Shown here: piece after piece, positions 10,499-19,890 of the stretch | Position numbering within the stretch: the stretch's first letter is position 1 | How the letters are laid out: every line of letters begins with the position of its first letter | Source of the DNA: a virus | Virus record (IMG/VR): IMGVR_UViG_3300042880_000288 | Coordinates: 56,702-120,701 of that record | Reading direction: 5' to 3' (one strand) | Length of the DNA: 64,000 nucleotides | Position numbers and translations under genes: made by a program | The notes under the pieces: generated by a model | The model's input: the letters and a program-made list of their open reading frames with translations, nothing else | Told to the model about the DNA's origin: nothing | The model's database searches: none

Positions 10499-11472
10499 AA
10501 TGCTTGTTTTAATAATGGAAATAATTTATTTCTTGTGGCTTCAATACCATGTATTTTAACTGAATCCGCAATATCTTTTTCATTTTCAAACTCAATTGGT
10601 ATAAATCCAAATTCCTCTTGATATCTCTGCATGTATTTCTTACCTGTAGGATCATTGTCAAATAAAACCAATACTTTTTTGTATTTCATTTTTATATCTT
10701 CAACAAATTCTTTTGGTAATACAGTACTTTCAGCATCTGGAGCAATTGCTTCAATATTATTTATATCTAATAAATTAAAACATAGTAAATCTTTAAGAGA
10801 TGCTACAAGTATCAAATACTTTTTATCATATTGTAGTTGCTCAAGACCCTGAGTATAATCAGATATCTTCAAAAACTTTTTAGCTGGAACTTTAGGTTGA
10901 TAAATTTTGTATAAACTACCATCTTCTTTAAAATAACCATAGATAAATTCCTTTTCTATTCTTATTCTATCCATAACAAAGTCACCTTTGTCTTTTGTTA
11001 GTTCATAATATTCTAAAGGATATATATTATAATTTTCTAGAATTCTAGAATTAATATTATATGGAGTCCAATAACTTTTATCATTTGTATTCCAGTGTCT
11101 TATTTGATAATCAGATAATTTAAATCTTGTTGCTGCAAGAACAGGAGTAGAAGCACTAAAATCTGTTTTACTTATGTAACTTTCATAGTCAAACATAATC
11201 TTATCCTTTGCACTATCTCTTGTAAGATTATATAAAAGTTCAACAAGTCTTATTGCATCACCTTGATAACCTGAAGAAAAGTCTTTGAATTTATACTGAC
11301 TAGTTCTTCCATCAAAATAAATAATCATAGATGGTATTTTGTCAGATGGATTAAATATTGATTTAATCTTTATTGACTCACCAGTAAGCTTTTCAGTTAT
11401 ATTGAGATAATACTCAAATATCCATTCTCTTGGGACATCCCATAAACTTGTAATTAACCTAGTTGATATCAT
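10495..11472 (-). CDS. dnaG: DNA primase (Toprim)
   Basis: N-terminal ZBD-like FKDFSSGYQGD; Toprim SLKD and LFDNDPTG; located with SSB and helicase. Confidence 0.8.
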   Translation of the reverse strand: MISTRLITSLWDVPREWIFEYYLNITEKLTGESIKIKSIFNPSDKIPSMIIYFDGRTSQYKFKDFSSGYQGDAIRLVELLYNLTRDSAKDKIMFDYESYISKTDFSASTPVLAATRFKLSDYQIRHWNTNDKSYWTPYNINSRILENYNIYPLEYYELTKDKGDFVMDRIRIEKEFIYGYFKEDGSLYKIYQPKVPAKKFLKISDYTQGLEQLQYDKKYLILVASLKDLLCFNLLDINNIEAIAPDAESTVLPKEFVEDIKMKYKKVLVLFDNDPTGKKYMQRYQEEFGFIPIEFENEKDIADSVKIHGIEATRNKLFPLLKQAL

Positions 11473-11484
11473 ACTATCAAAATT

Positions 11485-11513
11485 AAAATAAGGGGACCAT
11501 CTCTGATCCCCCT
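11485..11513 (-). terminator. Intrinsic terminator
   Basis: TAGGGGA/TCCCCT(T)A hairpin plus T-tract on the minus strand. Confidence 0.55.
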
Positions 11514-11518
11514 ATCCA

Positions 11519-12214
11519 TTAGTCTAGGTTGAAATCAGAAGATGATTTTCTTGGTGTTTTTATTTCATCATCAGAATCAAATTTGTCTATTTTTTTAGCT
11601 TCTTTTTGTTTGATGATATGAGTTTTGTCATCAAAGTTCATGATGTTTGCTGCATCCAATTCACCAAAAGCATATTGCTTATCTGCTGAATTTGGAAAGA
11701 ACAAATTATAATCAATGTAACCCTCTTTATTTGTCCACTCTTTACCACCTATACAGCAGTCAAAGAATTTATTTTTAATTGGAGCTGTTCCATTAAATGC
11801 ATCAATAAACTCTTCAATAGTTTTATGCTTGTCATTTTGTTCTTTAAACCAATCACTGATACCCAATGATTTACAAAGATTTTGCAAGAAAATTAATATT
11901 GCTTTATCTCTTTGAATTGGTGTACCTCTTTTAGTAAAACCATCTGCAAATGCATAAAAACTACCTTTTACTTTACCAATTTGGCCATCATATCTACCTT
12001 TCTCTTGATCATTATCAATATAAAAACCTTCAAAACCTTCTAAAGCTTCAGTTTCTAGATGTAATAATAAATAATAAGCATTTTCAATATAGGTATATTG
12101 CTCTAACTCAAGCTTGTGCAATTTTACTCTATGGTTTCCTGGTTGAATTTTTTTTGGAAGTTTTCTACCTTCACCACTACCTTTACTTTCTAAGTCTAAT
12201 GTACTTAATCCCAT
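11519..12214 (-). CDS. Putative single-stranded DNA-binding protein
   Basis: Position between primase and Sak4-like ATPase; acidic/aromatic C-terminal tail (SSDFNLD). Confidence 0.55.
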   Translation of the reverse strand: MGLSTLDLESKGSGEGRKLPKKIQPGNHRVKLHKLELEQYTYIENAYYLLLHLETEALEGFEGFYIDNDQEKGRYDGQIGKVKGSFYAFADGFTKRGTPIQRDKAILIFLQNLCKSLGISDWFKEQNDKHKTIEEFIDAFNGTAPIKNKFFDCCIGGKEWTNKEGYIDYNLFFPNSADKQYAFGELDAANIMNFDDKTHIIKQKEAKKIDKFDSDDEIKTPRKSSSDFNLD

Positions 12215-12233
12215 TTTTTTTGATTTTTAATTA

Positions 12234-12953
12234 TTAAATAAACACTTCATCCCATGATGTTTTTAAAACACCTTCTTTCATTTCAGAAATTACTATTTCT
12301 TTGTTTCTTAGATGCTCTGGTCTTGCACCACAAGTAACTTCTTCATTTGTCCTAAAAGACAAAATAGTTTCATTACCTTTTCTGTACATATAACCAATAG
12401 CATCTGCATTTGCACATATTAAAGATTTGATTTTACCAGTTAAATCTATATTAGCAGACATAACCATTTCTCCCTTATCATCAACTACCTTGTCTTTAAT
12501 GTGACCAGATAGAATAATGGTGGGTGCGAATTTATCAATAAATTCTAGAATTTGGAAAAATGCTTTTCTAATATATAAATAACCAGCTCCATTTGCTAAT
12601 GTAAGAACACTATCTCCATCAAAGTTTTTACCCATTGTTGTATCCTGATAAAGATTGACAGCTAATGGCATGATCATATCTTCTAATGCAGTTACAGTAT
12701 CAATAGTAACATATTTGTATGGAAATCCAGCAGCCTTAATTGCCTGACCTACTTCTCTTAGTTCAGATAGATTATTTACTTTAACTTTAAGAGCTTCTAC
12801 ATAATCAGAACCATTCTCAAGATCTATAATTAGATTGTCTTCAAGTCCTGCAAATGCAGTGGTTTTACCTGTTTTGGGCTTAGAATAAATCAATATTCTT
12901 TTAGGATTTACTCTGTTAGCCGCAACTTTTTTAGTTGGGAGTACAATACTCAT
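12234..12953 (-). CDS. Sak4-like (AAA_24) ATPase/recombinase
   Basis: Walker A SKPKTGKT, IDLENG, VTIDTVT, ANADAIGY. Confidence 0.8.
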   Translation of the reverse strand: MSIVLPTKKVAANRVNPKRILIYSKPKTGKTTAFAGLEDNLIIDLENGSDYVEALKVKVNNLSELREVGQAIKAAGFPYKYVTIDTVTALEDMIMPLAVNLYQDTTMGKNFDGDSVLTLANGAGYLYIRKAFFQILEFIDKFAPTIILSGHIKDKVVDDKGEMVMSANIDLTGKIKSLICANADAIGYMYRKGNETILSFRTNEEVTCGARPEHLRNKEIVISEMKEGVLKTSWDEVFI

Positions 12954-13615
12954 ATTTCACTTTTTGCTTGTTTAATAAGATCATTTAACCATTGTTTATC
13001 ACTTACAGGTTTTACTAGCATGATTGCTGCAAAATCTCTTAAAGAGATATTAGATAAAGTTAAATTCTCTTGATTATCATTATCTGAATCTTCTTTTAAA
13101 GAAGGAAACTCTTCTTCAAAGTTTGGAAAATAATAAAGATCATTAACTCCATTTTGTTCTTTTGCAGGAGGTAAAGCTTGTTCTTTAGCTTTTTCATATT
13201 CAGCATAAGTCATTGTTTTACCTTTCCACAATACTTTTAACTCAGATAAATTAACAAGATATGAATCATATTCTTTACCAACATCTCCACCTGTTTTAAT
13301 AGGATATTCAGTTTTATAATGTGGATTTGCTTTGTAGATAAATAAAGGTCTGTTGTTATCATACGGAGTATAATCTACAACAACTTCATTATCATCTTTT
13401 ACTTTTTCAAAGAGCTCAATATAAAGATCTTTATTTTTCTTAAGTTCTCCATCAAACAATTGAATATTTTTACCTGGCAACGGACTGATATTAGATCTAA
13501 AAGCTGTTTTAATTGTAAACTCACTTTGTGCTATTCCAGCTCTGTCTAATGTTCCTTTGTGATAAAGGTAATACTCATTTTGTTTTTCATTTCTCAAATT
13601 TGGTGCTTCTCTCAT
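12950..13615 (-). CDS. Hypothetical protein
   Basis: 221-aa ORF in replication operon. Confidence 0.75.
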   Translation of the reverse strand: MREAPNLRNEKQNEYYLYHKGTLDRAGIAQSEFTIKTAFRSNISPLPGKNIQLFDGELKKNKDLYIELFEKVKDDNEVVVDYTPYDNNRPLFIYKANPHYKTEYPIKTGGDVGKEYDSYLVNLSELKVLWKGKTMTYAEYEKAKEQALPPAKEQNGVNDLYYFPNFEEEFPSLKEDSDNDNQENLTLSNISLRDFAAIMLVKPVSDKQWLNDLIKQAKSEI

Positions 13616-13634
13616 TTGTTTTTAAATTTAAAAA

Positions 13635-14651
13635 TTAATCTTCTTGTCTTCTTCCAGGAGTTGGTGCCTCTTCCAATCTCATAGTATCTCTGTTAAGTCT
13701 ATAAAACTGAATACCGGTTAAACCATTTCTGGATTTTAAAAAGTGAAATACTAATGTTTCTTCATCTTCAATAATTAATTTGTCAGGACCATAGGAACTT
13801 AATCTTTTATCATAAGGTCTATTGATTCCAATTACAACATCAGCATGCTGTAAAAGAGCATCCGAACCATAGATATCAGAGTCCAAGATATAATTACCAT
13901 AGGTACCTGGTTTATTTCTTTCTGGAGATTCAATACTTCTGTTAAGCTGACTTAAAATCAAAAAAGAAACAGGAAACCTTTTTTTCATTTCTGTCATTGC
14001 CTCACCTAAGTCACTTAGCATTTCAAATTTGTCTTTTTGTGACTGATCTTTTCTCAATAAATTAGAATGGTCAATACATACAAGTATATTAGTATATACT
14101 TCTTTCTGATTTCCATTTTCATCTTCTATGATTTTCTTAAAATCTTCACATTCATCTTGTATGGTAACTTTCATTTCATCTACTGTGCATGGATCATAGA
14201 TCATATTAGTTTTACCTTTACCTTCAATACTTTCATATATATCAATCAATTTGTGGATATCCTCTTTGTCAATAGGTTTACCCTTGCTCATAAGTTTTTC
14301 ATAGGACATTCCTGATTTTACTGATAACTTCCTTGCACCATCTGTTTCATCAACCATCTCAAGTTGGAATTTTAATATTCTAAAATCTTGATCTTTGTTG
14401 AGTTCAATGATATCTGAAGTCATCTGCTCCATGAAAAAGGTTTTACCTACACCAGGTCTTGCTCCAATGACAGTAATAGTTCGCCATTCTAAGCCATTTA
14501 CAAATGCATTATTAAATTGTGGCCATGCAGTTTTTAATGTTTTTATTTCTCCTTTACTGATTGCAATAATTTTATTTATTGCTTTTTTAATAGATTCTTT
14601 CTCAGATGTTCTCTTTAAAGGAACAACTTGTTTTGTTGGTTTTTGATACAT
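13635..14651 (-). CDS. dnaB: DnaB-like SF4 replicative helicase (ATPase domain)
   Basis: GARPGVGKT, FQLEM, IDH, LSQLNR, LLQHADVV, KSRNG motifs. Confidence 0.9.
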   Translation of the reverse strand: MYQKPTKQVVPLKRTSEKESIKKAINKIIAISKGEIKTLKTAWPQFNNAFVNGLEWRTITVIGARPGVGKTFFMEQMTSDIIELNKDQDFRILKFQLEMVDETDGARKLSVKSGMSYEKLMSKGKPIDKEDIHKLIDIYESIEGKGKTNMIYDPCTVDEMKVTIQDECEDFKKIIEDENGNQKEVYTNILVCIDHSNLLRKDQSQKDKFEMLSDLGEAMTEMKKRFPVSFLILSQLNRSIESPERNKPGTYGNYILDSDIYGSDALLQHADVVIGINRPYDKRLSSYGPDKLIIEDEETLVFHFLKSRNGLTGIQFYRLNRDTMRLEEAPTPGRRQED

Positions 14652-14652
14652 A

Positions 14653-14853
14653 TTACTTATTGTTAAAATAGTTAAGTAATAGTTTCTTCTTTATTATATT
14701 ATAAATAAAGTGACCAGCTGTTATTAAGAATTCAATAATTAGGAATTGCCATATAGTAATATGTACTATACTTGCATCAACAATTAAAAAGGCCAGTGTT
14801 GTATTTATTAGTGCAATTAAGACTAATAAAAACTGAGCTTCCATTTTTCTCAT
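14653..14853 (-). CDS. Small membrane protein
   Basis: 66 aa, two hydrophobic stretches. Confidence 0.55.
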   Translation of the reverse strand: MRKMEAQFLLVLIALINTTLAFLIVDASIVHITIWQFLIIEFLITAGHFIYNIIKKKLLLNYFNNK

Positions 14854-15437
14854 AGGTATCTTTCTTTAAATTTTGGTGTATCATCTACAGGTTTGTTTAA
14901 GATAATCTCACAATAGTTTGCTAATTCTGACATAAACTGTCTTCCATCTTCTTGTTTCCTAATAAAATACTGTGAGGTTCTCATATAATTATATTGATTA
15001 TCAGCATATTCTCTTATATACTTTTTAGATGCACTAAATATTGTATCCCAATCATAATCATAATTATCAAAAAACCATCTAAATGCATTCTCTAAGTTCT
15101 TTACATTAGATCTTGCATATTTACCGCTAGGAAGTTTTATGTTTGGAAATATTAGGTTATATTGTTCAATATTTTTTAAGAAATCAGTTCCCATAATGAT
15201 TTGAGAACTTTTCTTTTTACTTTTCTTAAAAAACCCATTTATTTCTTCTATAAAGATAATACTTTTATCAGTAATTTGCAAATTTTCTGTTAACCATCCT
15301 GCCTGTTTTAATCTTGTAATTTCTAGATTAGAATTGACAAATGTGTGTGGTTTAATATTTTTTGCAATACTAAATAATACATAAAAACTATTAGGTGTTA
15401 GATTTTCCCTAACTAACTTTTGAAATAATTCCTCCAT
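14850..15437 (-). CDS. Hypothetical replication-associated protein
   Basis: 195-aa ORF between ung and the helicase. Confidence 0.7.
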   Translation of the reverse strand: MEELFQKLVRENLTPNSFYVLFSIAKNIKPHTFVNSNLEITRLKQAGWLTENLQITDKSIIFIEEINGFFKKSKKKSSQIIMGTDFLKNIEQYNLIFPNIKLPSGKYARSNVKNLENAFRWFFDNYDYDWDTIFSASKKYIREYADNQYNYMRTSQYFIRKQEDGRQFMSELANYCEIILNKPVDDTPKFKERYL

Positions 15438-15438
15438 A

Positions 15439-16122
15439 TTACCAAGTTATATGTTTATAGTTTTGTATTTTTATAAATACATTGTCTGAATCCCATTTAG
15501 AACCATTATAAGCTGCACTTGCTGGATGTTTTACCATAAACTTAGTGTTATTATCATCATCAGTAAGAGAAGACCATTCTTCAGCTTTCTTACCCATATA
15601 AACATAAACAAGTCCTGGATTATAATTATTTAACCAGTCTAATAAATATGCAGTAAAAGGTTTCCATATATCATAATGACTACCAATTTTACCTACTTCA
15701 ACTGTAAGAGCTGTATTAAACATAAGAACTCCTTGATTTGCCCATCTTTTTAGGTCCACATCTAAAGATCCTGGATGACCTCTGTAAACAGTTCTGTTTA
15801 CTTCATCTAATATAAATCTTAAACTGGGTTGTAATTGACCTGTATTACTACAACTAAATGATATACCATCTGCTACACCCAACTGTGGATAGGGATCTTG
15901 ACCAATCATAACTACTTGTAGTTTATCATATGGACATTCCTCAAATGCCCTAAATACTTGTTTTAGTGTTGGAGTAAATCTTTTATCCTCTTGACTTAGT
16001 GTATAAAGCCTTGTTAGAATATCATCAAACTCACTACTAAATATAAAAGATTTAAGAACTCTACCCCAACCACTGGGTTCAAGTTTGTCAAACATTTTTT
16101 GTTTAATTTCTTCTAAATTCAT
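15439..16122 (-). CDS. ung: Uracil-DNA glycosylase (family 1)
   Basis: GQDPYP, GISFS, PSL, GVLMFNTALTV, HPAS motifs. Confidence 0.95.
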   Translation of the reverse strand: MNLEEIKQKMFDKLEPSGWGRVLKSFIFSSEFDDILTRLYTLSQEDKRFTPTLKQVFRAFEECPYDKLQVVMIGQDPYPQLGVADGISFSCSNTGQLQPSLRFILDEVNRTVYRGHPGSLDVDLKRWANQGVLMFNTALTVEVGKIGSHYDIWKPFTAYLLDWLNNYNPGLVYVYMGKKAEEWSSLTDDDNNTKFMVKHPASAAYNGSKWDSDNVFIKIQNYKHITW

Positions 16123-16136
16123 TTTTTTCTTTATTT

Positions 16137-16469
16137 TTGTTTAAAAATTATAGTATGCCGGTTAAAATAATGGAAATTAAAGATGATGCTCTTGTAGAGA
16201 TCCAAGTTAACAAGAACTATTATGCAATGTGTAAAGCCTCTCTAGCATATTTGTTCAAAGAGAATATGGACAAAGGTAAAGATGCTGAAAATCTAGAAGA
16301 ATTAAAAGACAAAACATATCATGAAATGTCTGATTTTCAAAGATTATTTTACACTCTATCATTATTAGTTGCTGAAATTGAAAGATCATCTAAACTACAA
16401 GGAAAAGTAGAAGAAAAAGAAATATTAGCTCCTGGAGATGAAGGTTATGAATCTCCTATCCAAGATTAA
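16137..16469 (+). CDS. Hypothetical protein, lone plus-strand gene
   Basis: 110-aa ORF filling the gap between two minus-strand genes; start may be at MPVK or MEIK. Confidence 0.7.
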   Translation: MFKNYSMPVKIMEIKDDALVEIQVNKNYYAMCKASLAYLFKENMDKGKDAENLEELKDKTYHEMSDFQRLFYTLSLLVAEIERSSKLQGKVEEKEILAPGDEGYESPIQD

Positions 16470-16833
16470 TATTAAATTGTTCTTTACCTATCTGTATACA
16501 AGCTTCAATAGCTAACATTAATTCATCTTTACTGCAATCAGCAAAAGATTTGTAAGTTATCATTAAACCTTCTTTATAGGCTAAACCTGATTGATCTTTT
16601 ACAAGACATTTCATCTCATCAAAGGTGTAACCAGATTCTTTGGCTAGTTCTCTTATACAAGCATGTACTTTTGCAAGTTGTGCTTTACTGTGGTCTAAGC
16701 CTACCACATCAATATACATGTCTACTATTTGTCCTTCAGGAATTTTTTCAATAAAAATATCATATGCTGTTTTATCTTTAGAATTTCCGTAGACAAGTTT
16801 ACCATTTTTCTTTATGAATTTACCACTAAACAT
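16456..16833 (-). CDS. NinB/Orf-like recombination protein
   Basis: AQLAKVHACIRELAKESGYTFDEMKCLVK...KSFADCSKDEL...IE resembles the NinB family. Confidence 0.55.
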   Translation of the reverse strand: MFSGKFIKKNGKLVYGNSKDKTAYDIFIEKIPEGQIVDMYIDVVGLDHSKAQLAKVHACIRELAKESGYTFDEMKCLVKDQSGLAYKEGLMITYKSFADCSKDELMLAIEACIQIGKEQFNINLG

Positions 16834-16834
16834 A

Positions 16835-17086
16835 CTAACAAGTTATATTACCCATAATTTCTAAAAACTGCTCATAATGAATTCTTTCTGTAATATTTAA
16901 TGCTGGTATATCAAATGATTTTAATGACCATTTATTATCTATAACATCAATATTATCCGTACTATGTAAAAGTACTCCTGAACATAGCTCTTTATTATAA
17001 TAGTAATAATCATATCCATTTTGGCTATCAGAATCAAGTATATCTATTTTCTCAAAGCCAAGATCTATTAATTCTTCTTCAGTCAT
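16835..17086 (-). CDS. Hypothetical protein
   Basis: 83-aa ORF. Confidence 0.65.
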   Translation of the reverse strand: MTEEELIDLGFEKIDILDSDSQNGYDYYYYNKELCSGVLLHSTDNIDVIDNKWSLKSFDIPALNITERIHYEQFLEIMGNITC

Positions 17087-17136
17087 CTTAATCTAAATTT
17101 TTATAAATAATACTAATGATGATTACACACATGCAA

Positions 17137-17232
17137 TCAATCATCCCAGTTATGATACCCTTCATCTCTTAAACTATAAATTATTAAACCTACAATTATA
17201 ACTACTATAATTGCTCCAATTACAAATTCCAT
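17137..17232 (-). CDS. 31-aa single-pass membrane peptide
   Basis: Read manually: MEFVIGAIIVVIIVGLIIYSLRDEGYHNWDD; TAATG coupling with the upstream stop. Confidence 0.5.
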   Translation of the reverse strand: MEFVIGAIIVVIIVGLIIYSLRDEGYHNWDD

Positions 17233-17414
17233 TATTTATCTTTTTTAGGTAAATATTTTTTCTCAAATTTCTTCCAACCTTTTGGATCAAACTGTGTGAC
17301 AAGCAAATCAAGTTTTATTTCTTCTTCATGTTCATCACACATTCCAATCCCTTTAATATCCAAATCAGGACTATACCTTTTGGTAGCAGGAGCTCCACAT
17401 TTAATACATTCCAT
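17232..17414 (-). CDS. Small zinc-finger-like protein
   Basis: CxxC...CxxH, 60 aa. Confidence 0.6.
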   Translation of the reverse strand: MECIKCGAPATKRYSPDLDIKGIGMCDEHEEEIKLDLLVTQFDPKGWKKFEKKYLPKKDK

Positions 17415-17641
17415 TAGTAATTAAATTGTAATTCATAATCAGATAAAATCTCTCGAATTTTATCTCTTAAACTTTCATAAGATTCATATAACTCAGGAGA
17501 AAGTTTCTCATTATACTTGGTTTCATTTCTTAAATGTTGATCAACATCAAACAAAGCCATTTTCCATTTGTGACCATCTAATGCATTTCTTGCATCATCT
17601 GCTTCTTCTACAGAATCAAACTTTAAAATTATTTCTGCCAT
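17414..17641 (-). CDS. Hypothetical protein
   Basis: 75-aa ORF, coupled. Confidence 0.65.
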   Translation of the reverse strand: MAEIILKFDSVEEADDARNALDGHKWKMALFDVDQHLRNETKYNEKLSPELYESYESLRDKIREILSDYELQFNY

Positions 17642-18036
17642 TGCCCAATAAATGTTTCAGTGTTAATAATATCTCTAATATAGTCAATTTCACTATATTT
17701 TTCATTATCAAGAGTCCATAGTCCCATTTCTTTTATTCTTTTGTCTCTTAAAGTAATTATAGAATATCCAGTAAGATAAGAATTATCTTCATCATTACTG
17801 CTTAGCATTCCAATAAGATTTTCTTTTTCTATTTGAGTAATATATCCGGTTTTTACCAATAAATTTACTTCAGATAAAAAGATAAACGGCCTAAATTCTC
17901 CTTTCTTTGTACCATGTGTGTACATATACCACAGATACCCCATATTACTGTCTTCTACTTTACATACCATATGATGTTCATGGCATATATTTTCAATCAA
18001 ACTTGTGATCTTCTTGTCTCTAAACACTTTTATCAT
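17629..18036 (-). CDS. Hypothetical protein
   Basis: 135-aa ORF. Confidence 0.65.
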   Translation of the reverse strand: MIKVFRDKKITSLIENICHEHHMVCKVEDSNMGYLWYMYTHGTKKGEFRPFIFLSEVNLLVKTGYITQIEKENLIGMLSSNDEDNSYLTGYSIITLRDKRIKEMGLWTLDNEKYSEIDYIRDIINTETFIGQWQK

Positions 18037-18314
18037 GATACTAAAAATTTAAATATTGCTTTTAGTTTATTGTGTTCATCTATCAACCATTCTGGAGTAA
18101 ATACTTCAGTATGCTCTACAAAGTTAACTCTAGTATGATACTCAAGATCATGTGTAAAGTTTACTACCCAGATATAACTGATGTAGAGTTTAAATTCAAG
18201 ACTCACATTTACTTCCTTTGAAATAAATGTATAAACATGATGATTAACCTTAGATCTATGAAATCCATACTTTACAAGCTTTTTACCTATTAATTCTGTT
18301 TCTCTAAGTGTCAT
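18033..18314 (-). CDS. Hypothetical protein
   Basis: 93-aa ORF. Confidence 0.65.
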   Translation of the reverse strand: MTLRETELIGKKLVKYGFHRSKVNHHVYTFISKEVNVSLEFKLYISYIWVVNFTHDLEYHTRVNFVEHTEVFTPEWLIDEHNKLKAIFKFLVS

Positions 18315-18319
18315 ACATT

Positions 18320-18514
18320 CTATTCTGATTTAAAGGGTGAAATTCCTAATTCTATTTTTCCTTTGTGTTTTGACTTTTCTCCTGTAAAATGTACTGAAGA
18401 AACAGTTCCCCATACTTTTTTGCCGTTTCTTATAAAATACATTTTTGCACCTAAGTCTGGTTGTCCTAACTTGTTGTAAGTTTCGGAGTCAAAATATCTT
18501 TTTGCCATTGCCAT
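18320..18514 (-). CDS. Hypothetical protein (repeat-bounded cassette)
   Basis: 64 aa; starts at the ATG in one repeat and ends FKSE* in the next. Confidence 0.65.
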   Translation of the reverse strand: MAMAKRYFDSETYNKLGQPDLGAKMYFIRNGKKVWGTVSSVHFTGEKSKHKGKIELGISPFKSE

Positions 18515-18532
18515 TCTATTCTGATTTAAAGG

Positions 18533-18793
18533 TTAATTTTTTCTACTCTTTCTTGCTTTAGCCATAACTTCATCAGGATGGAAAAAGTAATCTAAGAAAC
18601 ATTTTTTAGAACAAAAATGCTTTAGTCTTGATACAGATGTCATAAGTTTAACTGAAGTATCAGTGTCTTGATTATTATTATAATAATTCAAGTCCATTGT
18701 TATCCAATTATCTGGTACATCATTCTCATTTCTCAAGCACTTTGTTTGTTTTTCATTAAGTATACTACACTGATTACATTTGTAAACTATCAT
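18533..18793 (-). CDS. Zinc-finger-like protein (repeat-bounded cassette)
   Basis: CxxC...HFCSKKC; starts at the repeat ATG. Confidence 0.65.
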   Translation of the reverse strand: MIVYKCNQCSILNEKQTKCLRNENDVPDNWITMDLNYYNNNQDTDTSVKLMTSVSRLKHFCSKKCFLDYFFHPDEVMAKARKSRKN

Positions 18794-18794
18794 T

Positions 18795-19004
18795 CTATTC
18801 TGATTTAAAGGTTTCTAATCTGTTTACTATTTTTTCAACAACTTTTTTATCCATTCCAATATATCTAAATGTAATATCTACATCTTGAACATCATTTAAA
18901 AAGTCCTTTTGTTGTTGTTCTGTCATTCTAAAAAACATCCATCCATTTTCTTTGTTTCTAATGACCATCCAAAGCATTTTAATAAATAAAAATTTCTGTT
19001 TCAT
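18795..19004 (-). CDS. Hypothetical protein (repeat-bounded cassette)
   Basis: 69 aa; starts at the repeat ATG, ends ETFKSE*. Confidence 0.65.
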   Translation of the reverse strand: MKQKFLFIKMLWMVIRNKENGWMFFRMTEQQQKDFLNDVQDVDITFRYIGMDKKVVEKIVNRLETFKSE

Positions 19005-19022
19005 TCTATTCTGATTTAAAGG

Positions 19023-19889
19023 TTAAAAAATATAACGGATTGTATTCCAAGGTATTATCTCATCATGCATTTTAACAAACTGTTTGATATAATCAGCTTT
19101 TCTATTGTGCTCATACCTAAGATTCTTTCCACCATACTGTGATACTTTTCCTTCCTGTATTTTAGGTACCCATAATAGTTCTTCTCCTGGAAGTTTATTA
19201 GCTAGATTATACTTATGTTTCTCTTCATTATGAGTTAAGAAAATTACTTCAGCTTTTACATTATCAGTATTCCATTTATTAAAAGTAGAATGTCTGTTGA
19301 TTATATAAAACAAAAACTCATACTCTACAAGCCAATTATCATGAACTATTACTGGACTAAAATTTAAGTGAACTTCATATCCTGCTCTTAAAAACAAGTA
19401 TACAGCATTTAATCTTTCATCAAGAGAACTTGTATTAGGTTCAAGAACTTTTCTCCATATCTCAGGCATAAGACTAAATCTTACTCTAATCTTACCTTCT
19501 GGATTAAACTTCAATAAATCATGATTTACATACTTTGTAGCAAATGAACCCATAGCAAGTGGATGATCTCTAAAGAAAGCAAATATCTTCTCCCATTCAT
19601 GATATTTAGCATGCAGAGCAAAGTCTTCATTACAAGATATATCATAAGTAATATACTCTCCTGTTTGATTAGGTTTTTCTACTGTAGAAAAATAAGCATG
19701 TGAATTAATCTCTGTCAGGATATCCATAGTATTTGTAGCTACAGATAATCCTTCCGGCTTATGTCTCTTCATATAACAATAAGAACAGTTATACAAACAA
19801 CCATGACCAAAGGAGGGACTGATAAAATCAGTACTCCTCCCACTTGGTCTAATTATCATAGATTTTCTGGTAACTTTCTCAACTATCAT
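19023..19889 (-). CDS. Spore photoproduct lyase-like radical SAM protein
   Basis: GHGCLYNCSYCY (CxxxCxxC), FATK, RFSL, SLDERL as in the SplB family; likely start MIVEKV at 19889, 2 nt after the upstream stop. Confidence 0.8.
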   Translation of the reverse strand: MIVEKVTRKSMIIRPSGRSTDFISPSFGHGCLYNCSYCYMKRHKPEGLSVATNTMDILTEINSHAYFSTVEKPNQTGEYITYDISCNEDFALHAKYHEWEKIFAFFRDHPLAMGSFATKYVNHDLLKFNPEGKIRVRFSLMPEIWRKVLEPNTSSLDERLNAVYLFLRAGYEVHLNFSPVIVHDNWLVEYEFLFYIINRHSTFNKWNTDNVKAEVIFLTHNEEKHKYNLANKLPGEELLWVPKIQEGKVSQYGGKNLRYEHNRKADYIKQFVKMHDEIIPWNTIRYIF

Positions 19890-19890
19890 T

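Larger units (their letters stand above)
18316..19022. repeat. Four exact 21-nt direct repeats at gene junctions
   Basis: cattctattctgatttaaagg at 18316, 18512, 18791, 19002 (minus strand CCTTTAAATCAGAATAGAATG). Confidence 0.95.

Noticed and set aside
810-15000. Many 60-110 aa plus-strand ORFs in the ORF track
   Set aside because: They are antisense shadows of long minus-strand genes with no recognisable motifs.
18316-19022. CRISPR array interpretation of the 21-nt repeats
   Set aside because: Intervals are 175-258 nt, unequal and fully protein-coding; no cas genes are present.
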